Shown: positions 47,449 to 56,771, numbered from the stretch's first letter. The stretch: DNA of 64,000 nt from a bacterium (GCA_029100545.1 JAQXPH010000012.1:2732-66731), one strand, 5' to 3'. Notes: a model not told the origin generated them from the letters alone. Program-made: numbers and translations.

Positions 47449-48225
47449 TTGGTGATATTATTGAATATAGAAGTTGGTGATTATGTTACAAGAAAATCAT
47501 ATAATAATGATCTTATCTTTAAAGTGCTATCAATTTCCGAAGATAAAGTATATTTAAAAGGTGTATTTGATAGATTATATGCAGATAGTGATATTTTAGA
47601 CTTAGTAAAAGTAGATAAATGTGATGATAATTTTAACGTTGATTTAGATATAAATAATGATCGTAGTAATTATTTTTATTTACCAGGTAAAATTCTTCAT
47701 ATTGATGGTGATAGTGAATATTTAGAAAAATGTTTAAAATTTTATAAAAATTTAAACATTTATGCTATAGGAAAAAAAATAAATGAAGATAATATAGCAA
47801 GTCAATTATCAATATTATTAAAAGAGTTTAAACCAGATATTCTTGTTATTACTGGTCATGATGCATATTATTCAAAGAAGGGTAATAAAGATAATATAAA
47901 TAATTATAAAAATTCCAAAAATTTTGTTAAAGCAATTAGAGTAGCAAGAAATTATGAAAAAAATCATGAAAAACTTGTAATTATTGCAGGGGCCTGTCAA
48001 AGTGATTATGAAGCACTGATTAAAGCTGGAGCAAATTTTGCATCAAGTCCCAAAAGAGTTAACATTCATGCTTTAGATCCTGCTATAATAGCAAGTACAA
48101 TTGCACTTACAAAAACATCTGAAGAAATTAATGTTATTGATTTAATTAATAAAACAAAATATGGTTCCTCAGGCATAGGTGGAATTATAACTAATGGGCT
48201 TATGTATGTGGGGTATCCAAGATGA
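47449..48225 (+). CDS. yabG: Sporulation-specific protease YabG
   Basis: VGDYVTRKSY N-terminus, LHIDGD, ILVITGHDAY, ACQS. The rsmA-yabG-veg neighbourhood is retained. A TTG start at 47458 behind GGTGAT is likely the true start. Confidence 0.75.
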   Translation: MVILLNIEVGDYVTRKSYNNDLIFKVLSISEDKVYLKGVFDRLYADSDILDLVKVDKCDDNFNVDLDINNDRSNYFYLPGKILHIDGDSEYLEKCLKFYKNLNIYAIGKKINEDNIASQLSILLKEFKPDILVITGHDAYYSKKGNKDNINNYKNSKNFVKAIRVARNYEKNHEKLVIIAGACQSDYEALIKAGANFASSPKRVNIHALDPAIIASTIALTKTSEEINVIDLINKTKYGSSGIGGIITNGLMYVGYPR

Positions 48226-48437
48226 ACATTAATTTTATAAAAGAAAAGTTAAAAGATAACATAGGAAAAAAAGTAAGAGTAACTGTATATGGTCTAAGAA
48301 ATAAAATAAATTACTATGAAGGATATATATATAAACTTTATCCTAATATATTTACAATCAAAATTAATAATGAAGAAAAAAGTTTTGCTTATAGGGATAT
48401 AATTACAAAAGATATAAGTTTAAAATATTTTAATTAA
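48222..48437 (+). CDS. veg: Veg (DUF1021) protein
   Basis: 71 aa, IKEKLKDNIGKKVRV...YPNIFTIKI...SFAYRDIIT aligns with B. subtilis Veg. Confidence 0.75.
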   Translation: MNINFIKEKLKDNIGKKVRVTVYGLRNKINYYEGYIYKLYPNIFTIKINNEEKSFAYRDIITKDISLKYFN

Positions 48438-48518
48438 AAATGTTCAATTTTACTTGAAAATAATATAATAGTAAGGTAAAATAAAATTGTGAATAAGATA
48501 AAGGAGTAGTGATAAGAT

Positions 48519-48788
48519 ATGGAAATTACATCAGTAAAAGTTCACAAAACTGAAAGAGAAGGTTCTAGAATGAAAGGATATGCAACAGTAACATTAGATG
48601 ATTGCTTTGTTGTAAGAAATATCCGTATAATTGAAGGAGACGAAAAACTTTTTATTGCAATGCCAAGTAAAAAAGTAAGTGATGATCGTTATGAAGATAT
48701 AGCTCATCCAATTAATGCAGAAACAAGAAAAATGTTTGAAGATAAAATTCTAGAAGAATATAATAACCCTTCATCTGAAGAAGAATAA
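48519..48788 (+). CDS. spoVG: Septation protein SpoVG
   Basis: MEITSVKVHK...GYATVTLDDCFVVRNIRIIEG...FIAMPSKK. Confidence 0.95.
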   Translation: MEITSVKVHKTEREGSRMKGYATVTLDDCFVVRNIRIIEGDEKLFIAMPSKKVSDDRYEDIAHPINAETRKMFEDKILEEYNNPSSEEE

Positions 48789-48794
48789 TGTAAT

Positions 48795-48818
48795 AAAAAG
48801 CGAATATCGCTTTTTTTA
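48795..48818 (+). terminator. Intrinsic terminator after spoVG
   Basis: AAAAAGCGA-ATA-TCGCTTTTTTT. Confidence 0.6.
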
Positions 48819-48864
48819 TTTCTAAAAATATATGTAATTCATATATTTTAATGGAGGGTATTAT

Positions 48865-49146
48865 ATGAATGATAAAATTGTTGGTGTAACACATGAAGTA
48901 AAAATGATTGATAGAAATATTCTTTCTATTACTGGAATAAAAAGAATAATAAATTTTGATAGTAAAGAGTTTATATTAGAAAGTATTATGGGACCTATTC
49001 ATATAAAAGGAAATTCCATGGAATTACTATCTTTAGATACTGGAAGTGGTCTTATTAAAATTAAAGGTAAAATAGATAGTTATAATTATATTGATAAAAA
49101 TGTTAAAAATAAAGAAGAAAGTTTAATAAGCAAACTTTTTAAATGA
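48865..49146 (+). CDS. yabP: Sporulation protein YabP
   Basis: YabP family pattern (ILSITGIKRIINFDSKEFILES...IKGNSMEL). Coupled to yabQ. Confidence 0.8.
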   Translation: MNDKIVGVTHEVKMIDRNILSITGIKRIINFDSKEFILESIMGPIHIKGNSMELLSLDTGSGLIKIKGKIDSYNYIDKNVKNKEESLISKLFK

Positions 49147-49442
49147 CATCTTTTAAAATATTATTTATATTTTTATTAAATTTTTTATATGGAATATTAT
49201 TTTTGTTTTTATCATTATTAAATTACAAATTATTTTCAAGTGAAGACAAAATAATTAAATCAATTATATATATTTTATTTATTTTTGATAATGCAATTAT
49301 TTACTTAATTATATTATATAAAATTAATTATGGAGTATTTCATATTTATTATTTTATTTATTTTATAATTGGTTTAATTTTTGCATATTATATAAAAAAT
49401 AAAGTGTTAAGTTTATGTAAAAAAATAAAAAATAAAAAATGA
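49143..49442 (+). CDS. yabQ: Spore cortex biosynthesis protein YabQ-like membrane protein
   Basis: 99 aa, multi-TM. 4-nt overlap with yabP; yabP-yabQ-divIC order. Confidence 0.55.
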   Translation: MTSFKILFIFLLNFLYGILFLFLSLLNYKLFSSEDKIIKSIIYILFIFDNAIIYLIILYKINYGVFHIYYFIYFIIGLIFAYYIKNKVLSLCKKIKNKK

Positions 49443-49498
49443 TTAGTTGACTTAAATATTCCAAAATACTATGATATAGTTATAAGGGTAGATATAGT

Positions 49499-49780
49499 AT
49501 GAGAACAAAAAAAGAAAACAAAAGATTATTTTTTATATCATTTATTATAATTGGACTTGTTTTTTTATTAGGTTTTACTGTGTATAAAGATTTTATTATA
49601 ATCAGTAAAAACAGAAATCAAACTAATAAATTAACAAAAGAATATGAACAATTATTAGATGAAAAAAAATTATTAACTTCTCAAGTTACTAAAATGCAAG
49701 ACCCTGAGTATTTAGCAAGATATGCTAAAGAAAAATATTTATATTCTAAAGAAGATGAAGTTATCATAAGGATAGATTAA
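49499..49780 (+). CDS. divIC: Septum formation initiator (DivIC/FtsB family)
   Basis: N-terminal TM plus a short coiled coil and the DPEYLARYAKEKY motif. Confidence 0.65.
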   Translation: MRTKKENKRLFFISFIIIGLVFLLGFTVYKDFIIISKNRNQTNKLTKEYEQLLDEKKLLTSQVTKMQDPEYLARYAKEKYLYSKEDEVIIRID

Positions 49781-50364
49781 TCTTCTTTTTTTATTATTTC
49801 ATCAATAATGCCATAGTTTTTTGCTTCTTTACTTGACATATAATAGTCTATTAAAGTATCTTTTTCTATTTTTTGCTTTTTTTGGTTTGTATTTTTTGCA
49901 AGAATTGTGTTTATTTTATCTTTTAATTTAATTATTCTTTCTGTTTGAATTTTTATATTACTTGCTTTTCCTTCATAACCACCAAGTGGCTCATGTATCA
50001 TTATTTCAGTATTTTCAAGTGCATATCTTTTATGACCACTAGAAAGTAAAAAAGCACCCATACTTGCACAAAGTCCAATGCCAATTGTTATAACATTACT
50101 TTTTATATAATTCATAGTATCATATATTGCAAGACCAGATGAAATACTTCCTCCAGGAGAATTAATGTATAAATATATATCGTTATTATTTTCTTTATCT
50201 AAATATAAAAGCTCACTTACAATTATATTGGCATTACTATCATTAATTTCACCAGTTAAAAAGATTATTCTATATGTTAAAAGAAAAGAATAAATATCAT
50301 ATGAATATTCATGATTATTTTTTTGCTTTAAAATCATAGGTATATTAAACATAATTTTTATCAC
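49777..50364 (-). CDS. clpP: ATP-dependent Clp protease proteolytic subunit
   Basis: YLYINSPGGS, catalytic Ser in GLCASMGAFLL, His in IMIHEP. Confidence 0.9.
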   Translation of the reverse strand: MIKIMFNIPMILKQKNNHEYSYDIYSFLLTYRIIFLTGEINDSNANIIVSELLYLDKENNNDIYLYINSPGGSISSGLAIYDTMNYIKSNVITIGIGLCASMGAFLLSSGHKRYALENTEIMIHEPLGGYEGKASNIKIQTERIIKLKDKINTILAKNTNQKKQKIEKDTLIDYYMSSKEAKNYGIIDEIIKKED

Positions 50365-50457
50365 CTATAAATATAATAAGATTATCAAAATAATTTTATT
50401 CATATTTTTTATAGATTTATTAAACAAAATATGATATTGTTATTAATATAAGGGGTA

Positions 50458-52113
50458 ATGATAATGGACGAAATAATTATTTCATTAAATGATGGCACAA
50501 AAATTAATGCCATGAAAAATACTACATATTATGAATTGAGTAAAAAATGTAAAAATGCCGATAATATAATTGGTGTTTTAGTAAATAATAAAATAGCTTC
50601 ATTAAATGATAAAATTGTTAAAAATGAAAATGTTTCTTTTATAGATATTACAAATTCACTTGGTAATAGAATATATGTTGCTGGTCTTAAAATGGCTTTT
50701 GAATGTGCTGTATATAAAACTTTTCCTCAAGTTAAGTTAAGTTATGCATATAGTGTTCCAAAAGGTATTATAGCATATTTAAATTATGATAAATTACTTC
50801 TTAATGAAGATATTGATTTAATACGAAAAAAACTAAAAGACATAATTAATCAAAATTTGAAATTTCAAAAATTAATTATCAAAAATTCAGATGCAATTAG
50901 TTATTATGAAGATGTTGGTAACTTAGTAAAAGCATGTAATATAAAAAATATAGTTGATCCAACAGTAGTTTTATACCAACTTGACGATTTAATTAATTAT
51001 TATTATTCTGAAATGCCATATTCTACTGGATCTTTAACAAAGTATGATATTAAATATTTAGGAAAAAATATGGTTGTTATTATATATCCTGAAGAAAATT
51101 CTAGTGGAAATGTCCCAGAATATATTAATTATAAAGGAATAATAGATTCATATGTAAATAGTCAAAAGTGGCTTGACATAATGAAAGTTCCATATATTAA
51201 AGATGTAAATAATGAAATAAGTAATGGTAAAATAGCAGATTTTATAAAATCATGTGAATTAAATTTTAATATTGAGATTAATGAAACTGCTAAAGAGATA
51301 TCTAAAAACTCTAATATTAAATGTGTTTTAATATCTGGCCCATCTTCAAGTGGTAAAACGACAATTACTAAAAGATTAGCATCATATTTTAAAATATATG
51401 GATTAGATCCAATAGTAATATCTATAGATGATTATTATCATGAAAGAGTTGATAGCCCTAAAGATGAAAATGGAGAATATGATTTTGAATGTTTAGAGGC
51501 AACAGATATAAATTATTTAACAAATGATATAGTTAAATTATTTAATGGCGAATTAATTACATTACCTAAATTTAATTTTGTTACAGGAACTAAAGAATTA
51601 TCTTCGAAAAAGATTCAAATTAAAGATAATAGTATAATTTTATTTGAAGGATTACATGCTATAAATGATAAACTATTATCTTTTATACCAAAGGAAATGA
51701 AATATAAAATTTATGTTAGTCCTTTTATACCAATAAATATAGACCAACAAAATTATATTTCAAGTAGTGATTTAAGATTACTTCGAAGAATAGTTAGAGA
51801 TTTTAGAACAAGAGGATATGACGTTGGTTCAACAATAAAAAATGCAACAAAGGTTAAACGTGGGGAAGATAAATATATAATTCCTTTAATACCTACAGCA
51901 GATAAAATAATTAATACTTCTTTATCATACGAAGTAGGTGTTTTAAAGGTATACATTGAACCATTATTATATTCAGTTCCGATTAGTTCACCTTATTATG
52001 GCGAAGCAAGAAGATTTTTAAGTTTTTTAAAACAGTTTTATACAATTAGTAGTGAGTATATTCCAAAAGACTCAATATTAAGAGAATTTATAGGAGGAAA
52101 TGAAGATGATTAA
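50458..52113 (+). CDS. Uridine-kinase-family P-loop protein with an N-terminal TGS/ThrRS-like domain
   Basis: P-loop ISGPSSSGKTT, DDYY, FEGLHA (PRK/udk fold), preceded by a ~270-aa TGS plus ThrRS second-additional-domain-like region. Confidence 0.6.
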   Translation: MIMDEIIISLNDGTKINAMKNTTYYELSKKCKNADNIIGVLVNNKIASLNDKIVKNENVSFIDITNSLGNRIYVAGLKMAFECAVYKTFPQVKLSYAYSVPKGIIAYLNYDKLLLNEDIDLIRKKLKDIINQNLKFQKLIIKNSDAISYYEDVGNLVKACNIKNIVDPTVVLYQLDDLINYYYSEMPYSTGSLTKYDIKYLGKNMVVIIYPEENSSGNVPEYINYKGIIDSYVNSQKWLDIMKVPYIKDVNNEISNGKIADFIKSCELNFNIEINETAKEISKNSNIKCVLISGPSSSGKTTITKRLASYFKIYGLDPIVISIDDYYHERVDSPKDENGEYDFECLEATDINYLTNDIVKLFNGELITLPKFNFVTGTKELSSKKIQIKDNSIILFEGLHAINDKLLSFIPKEMKYKIYVSPFIPINIDQQNYISSSDLRLLRRIVRDFRTRGYDVGSTIKNATKVKRGEDKYIIPLIPTADKIINTSLSYEVGVLKVYIEPLLYSVPISSPYYGEARRFLSFLKQFYTISSEYIPKDSILREFIGGNEDD

Positions 52114-53125
52114 AGTAGCAATAAATGGATTTGGAAGAATAGGAAGACTTGCTTTTAGGCAAATGATAACTTCTACAGATTATGATATAGTAGCTATTAA
52201 TAATAAGGATTTAACTGCTGATGAAGCAGCGTATTTAATCAAATATGATACTGTACATAATACATTTCATGAAAATGAAATTACTTTTGATGGTAATGAA
52301 CTTGTTATAGCTGGTGTTAAAAGAGTAAAATTATTTTCTGAACTTGATCCTACTAAACTTCCTTGGAAAGAATTAGAAGTAGATTTAGTTTTAGAATGTA
52401 CTGGTGCTTTTACAAATTATGAAGGAGCTTACAAACATATTTTAGCAGGTGCTAAAAAAGTTTTAATTTCTGCTCCTGGAAAAGATGAAATGCCAACAAT
52501 AGTAAGTGGCGTAAATGAAAACATTTTAAAACCTACTGATATTATTGTAAGTGCGGCCAGTTGTACAACTAATTGTTTAGCGCCTTTATTAAAGATTATT
52601 GAAGATAATTTTGGAATTGAAAAAGGCTTTATGAGTACAATACATGCCTTAACGGCAGATCAAAATAGTTTAGATAATTTTCATAAGAAAGGTATTAATT
52701 CACGCAGAGGCAGAGCAAGTATTCAAAATATTGTACCTACATCAACAGGTGCTGCAAAAGCAATTGGTCTTGTTATTCCATCTTTAAATGGTAAAATGGA
52801 TGGCATAGCATATAGAGTTCCATGCATCGATGGTTCTATGATAGATGTTACGTTGGAATTAAAAAGAAATACTTCAAAAGAAGAGATTAATGAAGTTATC
52901 AAAAAAAATCAAAGTTCTGCATTAATATATACTGAAGCACCATTGGTATCAAGTGATGTAATTGGAAAAAAATGTGGTTGTTTATTTGATAGTTTATTAA
53001 CAAATGTTATTGAAGTAGATGGAAAACAACTTGTTAAACTTACTGCTTGGTATGATAATGAATATGGATATACTGCTCAAATGTTAAGAACTGCTGTTAA
53101 TATGTTTAAGGGTGTTGATAAATGA
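52106..53125 (+). CDS. gap: Glyceraldehyde-3-phosphate dehydrogenase
   Basis: INGFGRIGR, active site ASCTTNCLAP, WYDNEYGY. Start ATG 52106 is better spaced from GGAGGA than 52100. Confidence 0.95.
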   Translation: MIKVAINGFGRIGRLAFRQMITSTDYDIVAINNKDLTADEAAYLIKYDTVHNTFHENEITFDGNELVIAGVKRVKLFSELDPTKLPWKELEVDLVLECTGAFTNYEGAYKHILAGAKKVLISAPGKDEMPTIVSGVNENILKPTDIIVSAASCTTNCLAPLLKIIEDNFGIEKGFMSTIHALTADQNSLDNFHKKGINSRRGRASIQNIVPTSTGAAKAIGLVIPSLNGKMDGIAYRVPCIDGSMIDVTLELKRNTSKEEINEVIKKNQSSALIYTEAPLVSSDVIGKKCGCLFDSLLTNVIEVDGKQLVKLTAWYDNEYGYTAQMLRTAVNMFKGVDK

Positions 53126-54252
53126 AATTTATAGATGAAGTTGAAATAAAAGATAAAAAGATCATTTTAAGATGTGATTTTAATGTTCCTATTGAAAATG
53201 GAAATATTAAAGATAATACAAAAATAAAAAAAAGTATTAAAACAATTAATTATTTATTAGAAAATAATAATGCAATTATTTTATTAAGCCATCTAGGTAG
53301 AGTTAAAACGAGAGAAGATAAAATTAATAATACATTATTACCAGTTGCAAAAGAACTAAGTAAATTTCTTAATAAAGAAGTAACATTTATTAATGAACCA
53401 GTTGGTATGAAAGTTTTAAATGCAGTAAAAAATTTGAACTATGGTGAAATTATTTTGCTAGAAAATACTCGTTTTTGTGATTATCCTGAAAAACTTGAAA
53501 GTCATAATGATTTGAATTTGGCAAAATATTGGTCAGTTTTAGCGGATATTTTTGTTGTTGATGCTTTTGCTACATTACATAGAAACCATTCTTCAGTTGC
53601 AGGAATATCAAAATATTTACCAACATATTATGGATTACTCGTTAAAGAAGAAATTATAAATTTAAATCCTCTTGTTGAAAATATTCAAAGACCTTTTACT
53701 GTATTTATGGGGGGAGCTAAAGTTGATGATAAATTAATATATATTAAAAATTTATTAAAAAAATGCGATTACCTTCTTATTGGAGGTGGTATTGCAAATT
53801 CATTTTTATTTGCATGTGGATTTGATGTGATGGATAGTTTGTGTACCACAGATGAAATTACGATTTCAGAAATAAAAGAATTAATTAAAGAGTATAAAGA
53901 AAAAATAATATTACCTATTGATTTTGTAATTGAGGATAATAAAATATTAGATTTAAATACTAAATCAGTTAATAAATACATTAGTTACTTTCAAAAGAGT
54001 AAAACAATTTTTATTAATGGTACATGTGGTGTATTTGAAAATAAAAGATATGCAAATGGTACTATTAAATTATTTCAATCTTTAAGAGACATTGATGCAT
54101 ACAAAGTTGCTGGAGGAGGAGATACTCTTAATGCAATTCATATGTATAATTTGACAAATTATTTTTCTTTTTTATCAAGTGGTGGTGGAGCGTCATTAGA
54201 ATATATTAGTAGTGATCATTTAAAAGCAATAGATTATATTGAAAAAGTATAA
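53122..54252 (+). CDS. pgk: Phosphoglycerate kinase
   Basis: RCDFNVP, SHLGR, GGAKV.DK, GGGDT, GGGASLE. Confidence 0.95.
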   Translation: MKFIDEVEIKDKKIILRCDFNVPIENGNIKDNTKIKKSIKTINYLLENNNAIILLSHLGRVKTREDKINNTLLPVAKELSKFLNKEVTFINEPVGMKVLNAVKNLNYGEIILLENTRFCDYPEKLESHNDLNLAKYWSVLADIFVVDAFATLHRNHSSVAGISKYLPTYYGLLVKEEIINLNPLVENIQRPFTVFMGGAKVDDKLIYIKNLLKKCDYLLIGGGIANSFLFACGFDVMDSLCTTDEITISEIKELIKEYKEKIILPIDFVIEDNKILDLNTKSVNKYISYFQKSKTIFINGTCGVFENKRYANGTIKLFQSLRDIDAYKVAGGGDTLNAIHMYNLTNYFSFLSSGGGASLEYISSDHLKAIDYIEKV

Positions 54253-54266
54253 TTTATTGCTTTTTT
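54224..54266 (+). terminator. Long hairpin terminator overlapping the pgk 3' end
   Basis: AAGCAATAGATTATA-loop-TATAATTTATTGCTT (one G-T pair) followed by TTTT. Confidence 0.5.
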
Positions 54267-54272
54267 ACAATT

Positions 54273-54279
54273 TTCGACA
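54273..54279 (+). promoter_or_regulatory. Exact Spo0A-box heptamer (TTCGACA) upstream of the spo0A promoter
   Basis: Complement of TGTCGAA, about 40 bp upstream of the -35 element. Confidence 0.4.
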
Positions 54280-54319
54280 AAAATTTACGTAAATTTTCAA
54301 TAATTTACAAAAAAAATTC

Positions 54320-54348
54320 TTGCATTTTGTTAAAAAATAGGGTATTAT
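54320..54348 (+). promoter_or_regulatory. SigA-type promoter of spo0A
   Basis: TTGCAT (54320-54325), 17-nt spacer, TATTAT (54343-54348). Confidence 0.5.
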
Positions 54349-54387
54349 CTAATTGCGTGTTGGCTGTATATTTAGAAAGAGGAGATT

Positions 54388-55140
54388 ATGAATACTAGCA
54401 TCAGAGCTATAGTAGTAGATGACAATACTGTGGCAGTAAACAACTTAAGAAAATATTTTAATCAAAATGATCGAATAAAGATTGTCGCATCTTTTTCTAA
54501 TGGAGAAGAAGCATTAGAATATTTGATTAACAATAATGGCGAAATTGATTTAGTAATATTGGAATTGCTAATCCCAAGACTTGACGGAGCTACTTTACTC
54601 GAGGAAATAAAAAGTAGAAAATTGACTCCAAAAATTATAGTTACATCTGGATATAAAGATAATAATATAATTAACGACTGTGCATTCTACAATGTATGTT
54701 ATTATTTAATAAAACCATTTAGTATATTATCTTTAGAAAAAAGAATTAATGAAGTATTTGAATCCAAAAATTTATCTTTTAGCAAAAATAATAGTTTAGA
54801 TCTTGAAATAAGTCAATTACTTCATAATTTGGGTATTCCGTCACATATAAGAGGATATAAATATATTAGGGATGGTATTTTAATAATTTATAATAACGAA
54901 TCGGTTTCACTTGTTACTAAAGAAATATATCCACAAATTGCATTAAAATACGAAACTACGCCATCAAGAGTCGAAAGGGCAATAAGGCATGCAATTGAAG
55001 TTAGTTGGATCAGGGGGGACATTAATTTAATGGAAGATTTATTCGGATTTAGTGTCAGCTGTGAAAAATCTAAACCAACTAATTCTGAGTTTTTAACTAC
55101 AATTGCAGATCGTATTAAACTAGACAGTAAAGCTTTTTAG
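54388..55140 (+). CDS. spo0A: Sporulation master regulator Spo0A (atypical receiver: Glu at the phospho-acceptor position)
   Basis: Receiver domain plus a Spo0A-specific C-terminal domain (GIPSHIRGYKYIRDGI, SRVERAIRHAIEVSWIRG, KPTNSEF). Codon 59 is GAA (LVILELLIPRLDG vs B. subtilis LVLDIIMPHLDG). Confidence 0.95.
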   Translation: MNTSIRAIVVDDNTVAVNNLRKYFNQNDRIKIVASFSNGEEALEYLINNNGEIDLVILELLIPRLDGATLLEEIKSRKLTPKIIVTSGYKDNNIINDCAFYNVCYYLIKPFSILSLEKRINEVFESKNLSFSKNNSLDLEISQLLHNLGIPSHIRGYKYIRDGILIIYNNESVSLVTKEIYPQIALKYETTPSRVERAIRHAIEVSWIRGDINLMEDLFGFSVSCEKSKPTNSEFLTTIADRIKLDSKAF

Positions 55141-55167
55141 AAAACTACTTTTAAAGTAGTTTTTTTA
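55141..55167 (+). terminator. Intrinsic terminator after spo0A
   Basis: AAAACTACTTT-TAAAGTAGTTTTTTT. Confidence 0.6.
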
Positions 55168-55227
55168 TGACTAAATTTGCACTTCTTTACTTATTATGTT
55201 ATTATTTTTATGGAGATTTATAATTAT

Positions 55228-56730
55228 ATGAAAAAAGTATTAACAATAATTTTAGATGGTTTTGGATTTAGACAAGAAGAAACAGGAAATGCTATAAAGA
55301 AAGCTAATATGGTAAATTTTAATAAATTTTATAATGAAAATCCTCATACAACACTTCATGCTTCTGGACATTATGTTGGCCTTAATGATGGTCAATTTGG
55401 TAATAGTGAAATTGGCCATATGACTATAGGTGCTGGGAGATTAATAAAATCAAGAGAAGTTCTTGTTGATGAATTTTTAGAAAATATTAACAATAATGAA
55501 TCAGAAATAATTCAAAAATTAAAATTATCAGTAGAAAAAAATATACATATTATGGGTTTATGTAGTGATGGAAATGTTCATGCTGGAATTGATGATTTTA
55601 TTAAAATGTACGAGTTTTTAATTAAAAATGGTTGTAAAAATATATATTTTCATTTAATTACAGATGGTAGAGATACTGAAATTAATTCTGCATATAAATA
55701 TATAAAAAATATTGAGGATTTAATTAATAAAAATAAAGTTGGAACTATTGCAACTATATGTGGAAGATATTATGCAATGGATAGAGATGAGAATTATGAT
55801 AGAACTTTAGTATATTATGATTTAATAACAAAAGGTAAAGGAATTAATATATTAAATATTCAAAATGCTATTAATGCTTATTATAATAAAAATGTTTATG
55901 ATGAATTTTTGAAACCAATGGTAGTAGATGAAAAAGGATTAATTAAAGATGATGATGTACTTTTATGGATGAATTATAGAACTGATAGAAGTAAGCAAAT
56001 ATTGCTTTCATTATCTAGTCCAAAATTTGATAAATTTAATACTTTAAATCTTAATAAATTAGAAATTTATACTTTTTTTAATCATGATAAACAAATTAAT
56101 GCAAATATTTTAATTGAAGAACCGAAAATAGATAATAGTTTGGGATTATATTTAGCTAAACTTGGCATAAAACAAGCAAGAATAGCTGAAAGTGAAAAAT
56201 ATCCTCATGTAACATATTTTTTTGATGAAGGAATAGATGGTAAGATTGCAAATGTTGATAAATTTCATATACCTTCACCGGAAGTAGCTACATACGATTT
56301 AAAACCTGAAATGAGTATTGTTGCTGTTACAAAAAAAATTATAACTTGTATGGAACAAGATTATGATTTTATACTTGCTAATTTTGCAAATCCAGATATG
56401 GTTGGACATACAGGAAATTTTGATGCTACTGTTAATGCTTGTATGGCAATTGATATATGTCTTGCAAAAATATTTGAATATGCGGAAAATAATTTTTATA
56501 AAGTTATTATTTTAGCTGATCATGGCAATGCAGATACTATGTTAAATGAAGACGGTAGTGTTTGCACTACTCATAGTATGAGTGATGTTCCATTTGTAAT
56601 AAATGATAGTAAAATATCTTTAAAAGATGGAGGAGACTTAACAAATGTTGCACCAACAATATTAGATTATATGGATATTTCTATTCCAGAAGAAATGACT
56701 AGTGAATCATTAATTATTGAGGAAGCATAA
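55228..56730 (+). CDS. gpmI: 2,3-bisphosphoglycerate-independent phosphoglycerate mutase
   Basis: MKKVLTIILDGFG, catalytic Ser in GNSEIGHMT, ADHGNAD. Start moved to ATG 55228. Confidence 0.95.
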   Translation: MKKVLTIILDGFGFRQEETGNAIKKANMVNFNKFYNENPHTTLHASGHYVGLNDGQFGNSEIGHMTIGAGRLIKSREVLVDEFLENINNNESEIIQKLKLSVEKNIHIMGLCSDGNVHAGIDDFIKMYEFLIKNGCKNIYFHLITDGRDTEINSAYKYIKNIEDLINKNKVGTIATICGRYYAMDRDENYDRTLVYYDLITKGKGINILNIQNAINAYYNKNVYDEFLKPMVVDEKGLIKDDDVLLWMNYRTDRSKQILLSLSSPKFDKFNTLNLNKLEIYTFFNHDKQINANILIEEPKIDNSLGLYLAKLGIKQARIAESEKYPHVTYFFDEGIDGKIANVDKFHIPSPEVATYDLKPEMSIVAVTKKIITCMEQDYDFILANFANPDMVGHTGNFDATVNACMAIDICLAKIFEYAENNFYKVIILADHGNADTMLNEDGSVCTTHSMSDVPFVINDSKISLKDGGDLTNVAPTILDYMDISIPEEMTSESLIIEEA

Positions 56731-56748
56731 AAATATTATGCTTTTTTT
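56725..56748 (+). terminator. Intrinsic terminator after gpmI
   Basis: GCATAA-AAATA-TTATGC followed by TTTTTTT, overlapping the stop codon. Confidence 0.6.
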
Positions 56749-56771
56749 GTGAAAAAATATCAAAAAAATGC

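Noticed and set aside
50365-50457. Search for a CtsR operator (GGTCAAA direct repeat) upstream of clpP
   Set aside because: No GTCAAA repeat is present in the divergent clpP/udk-like intergenic region, so no regulatory call is made.
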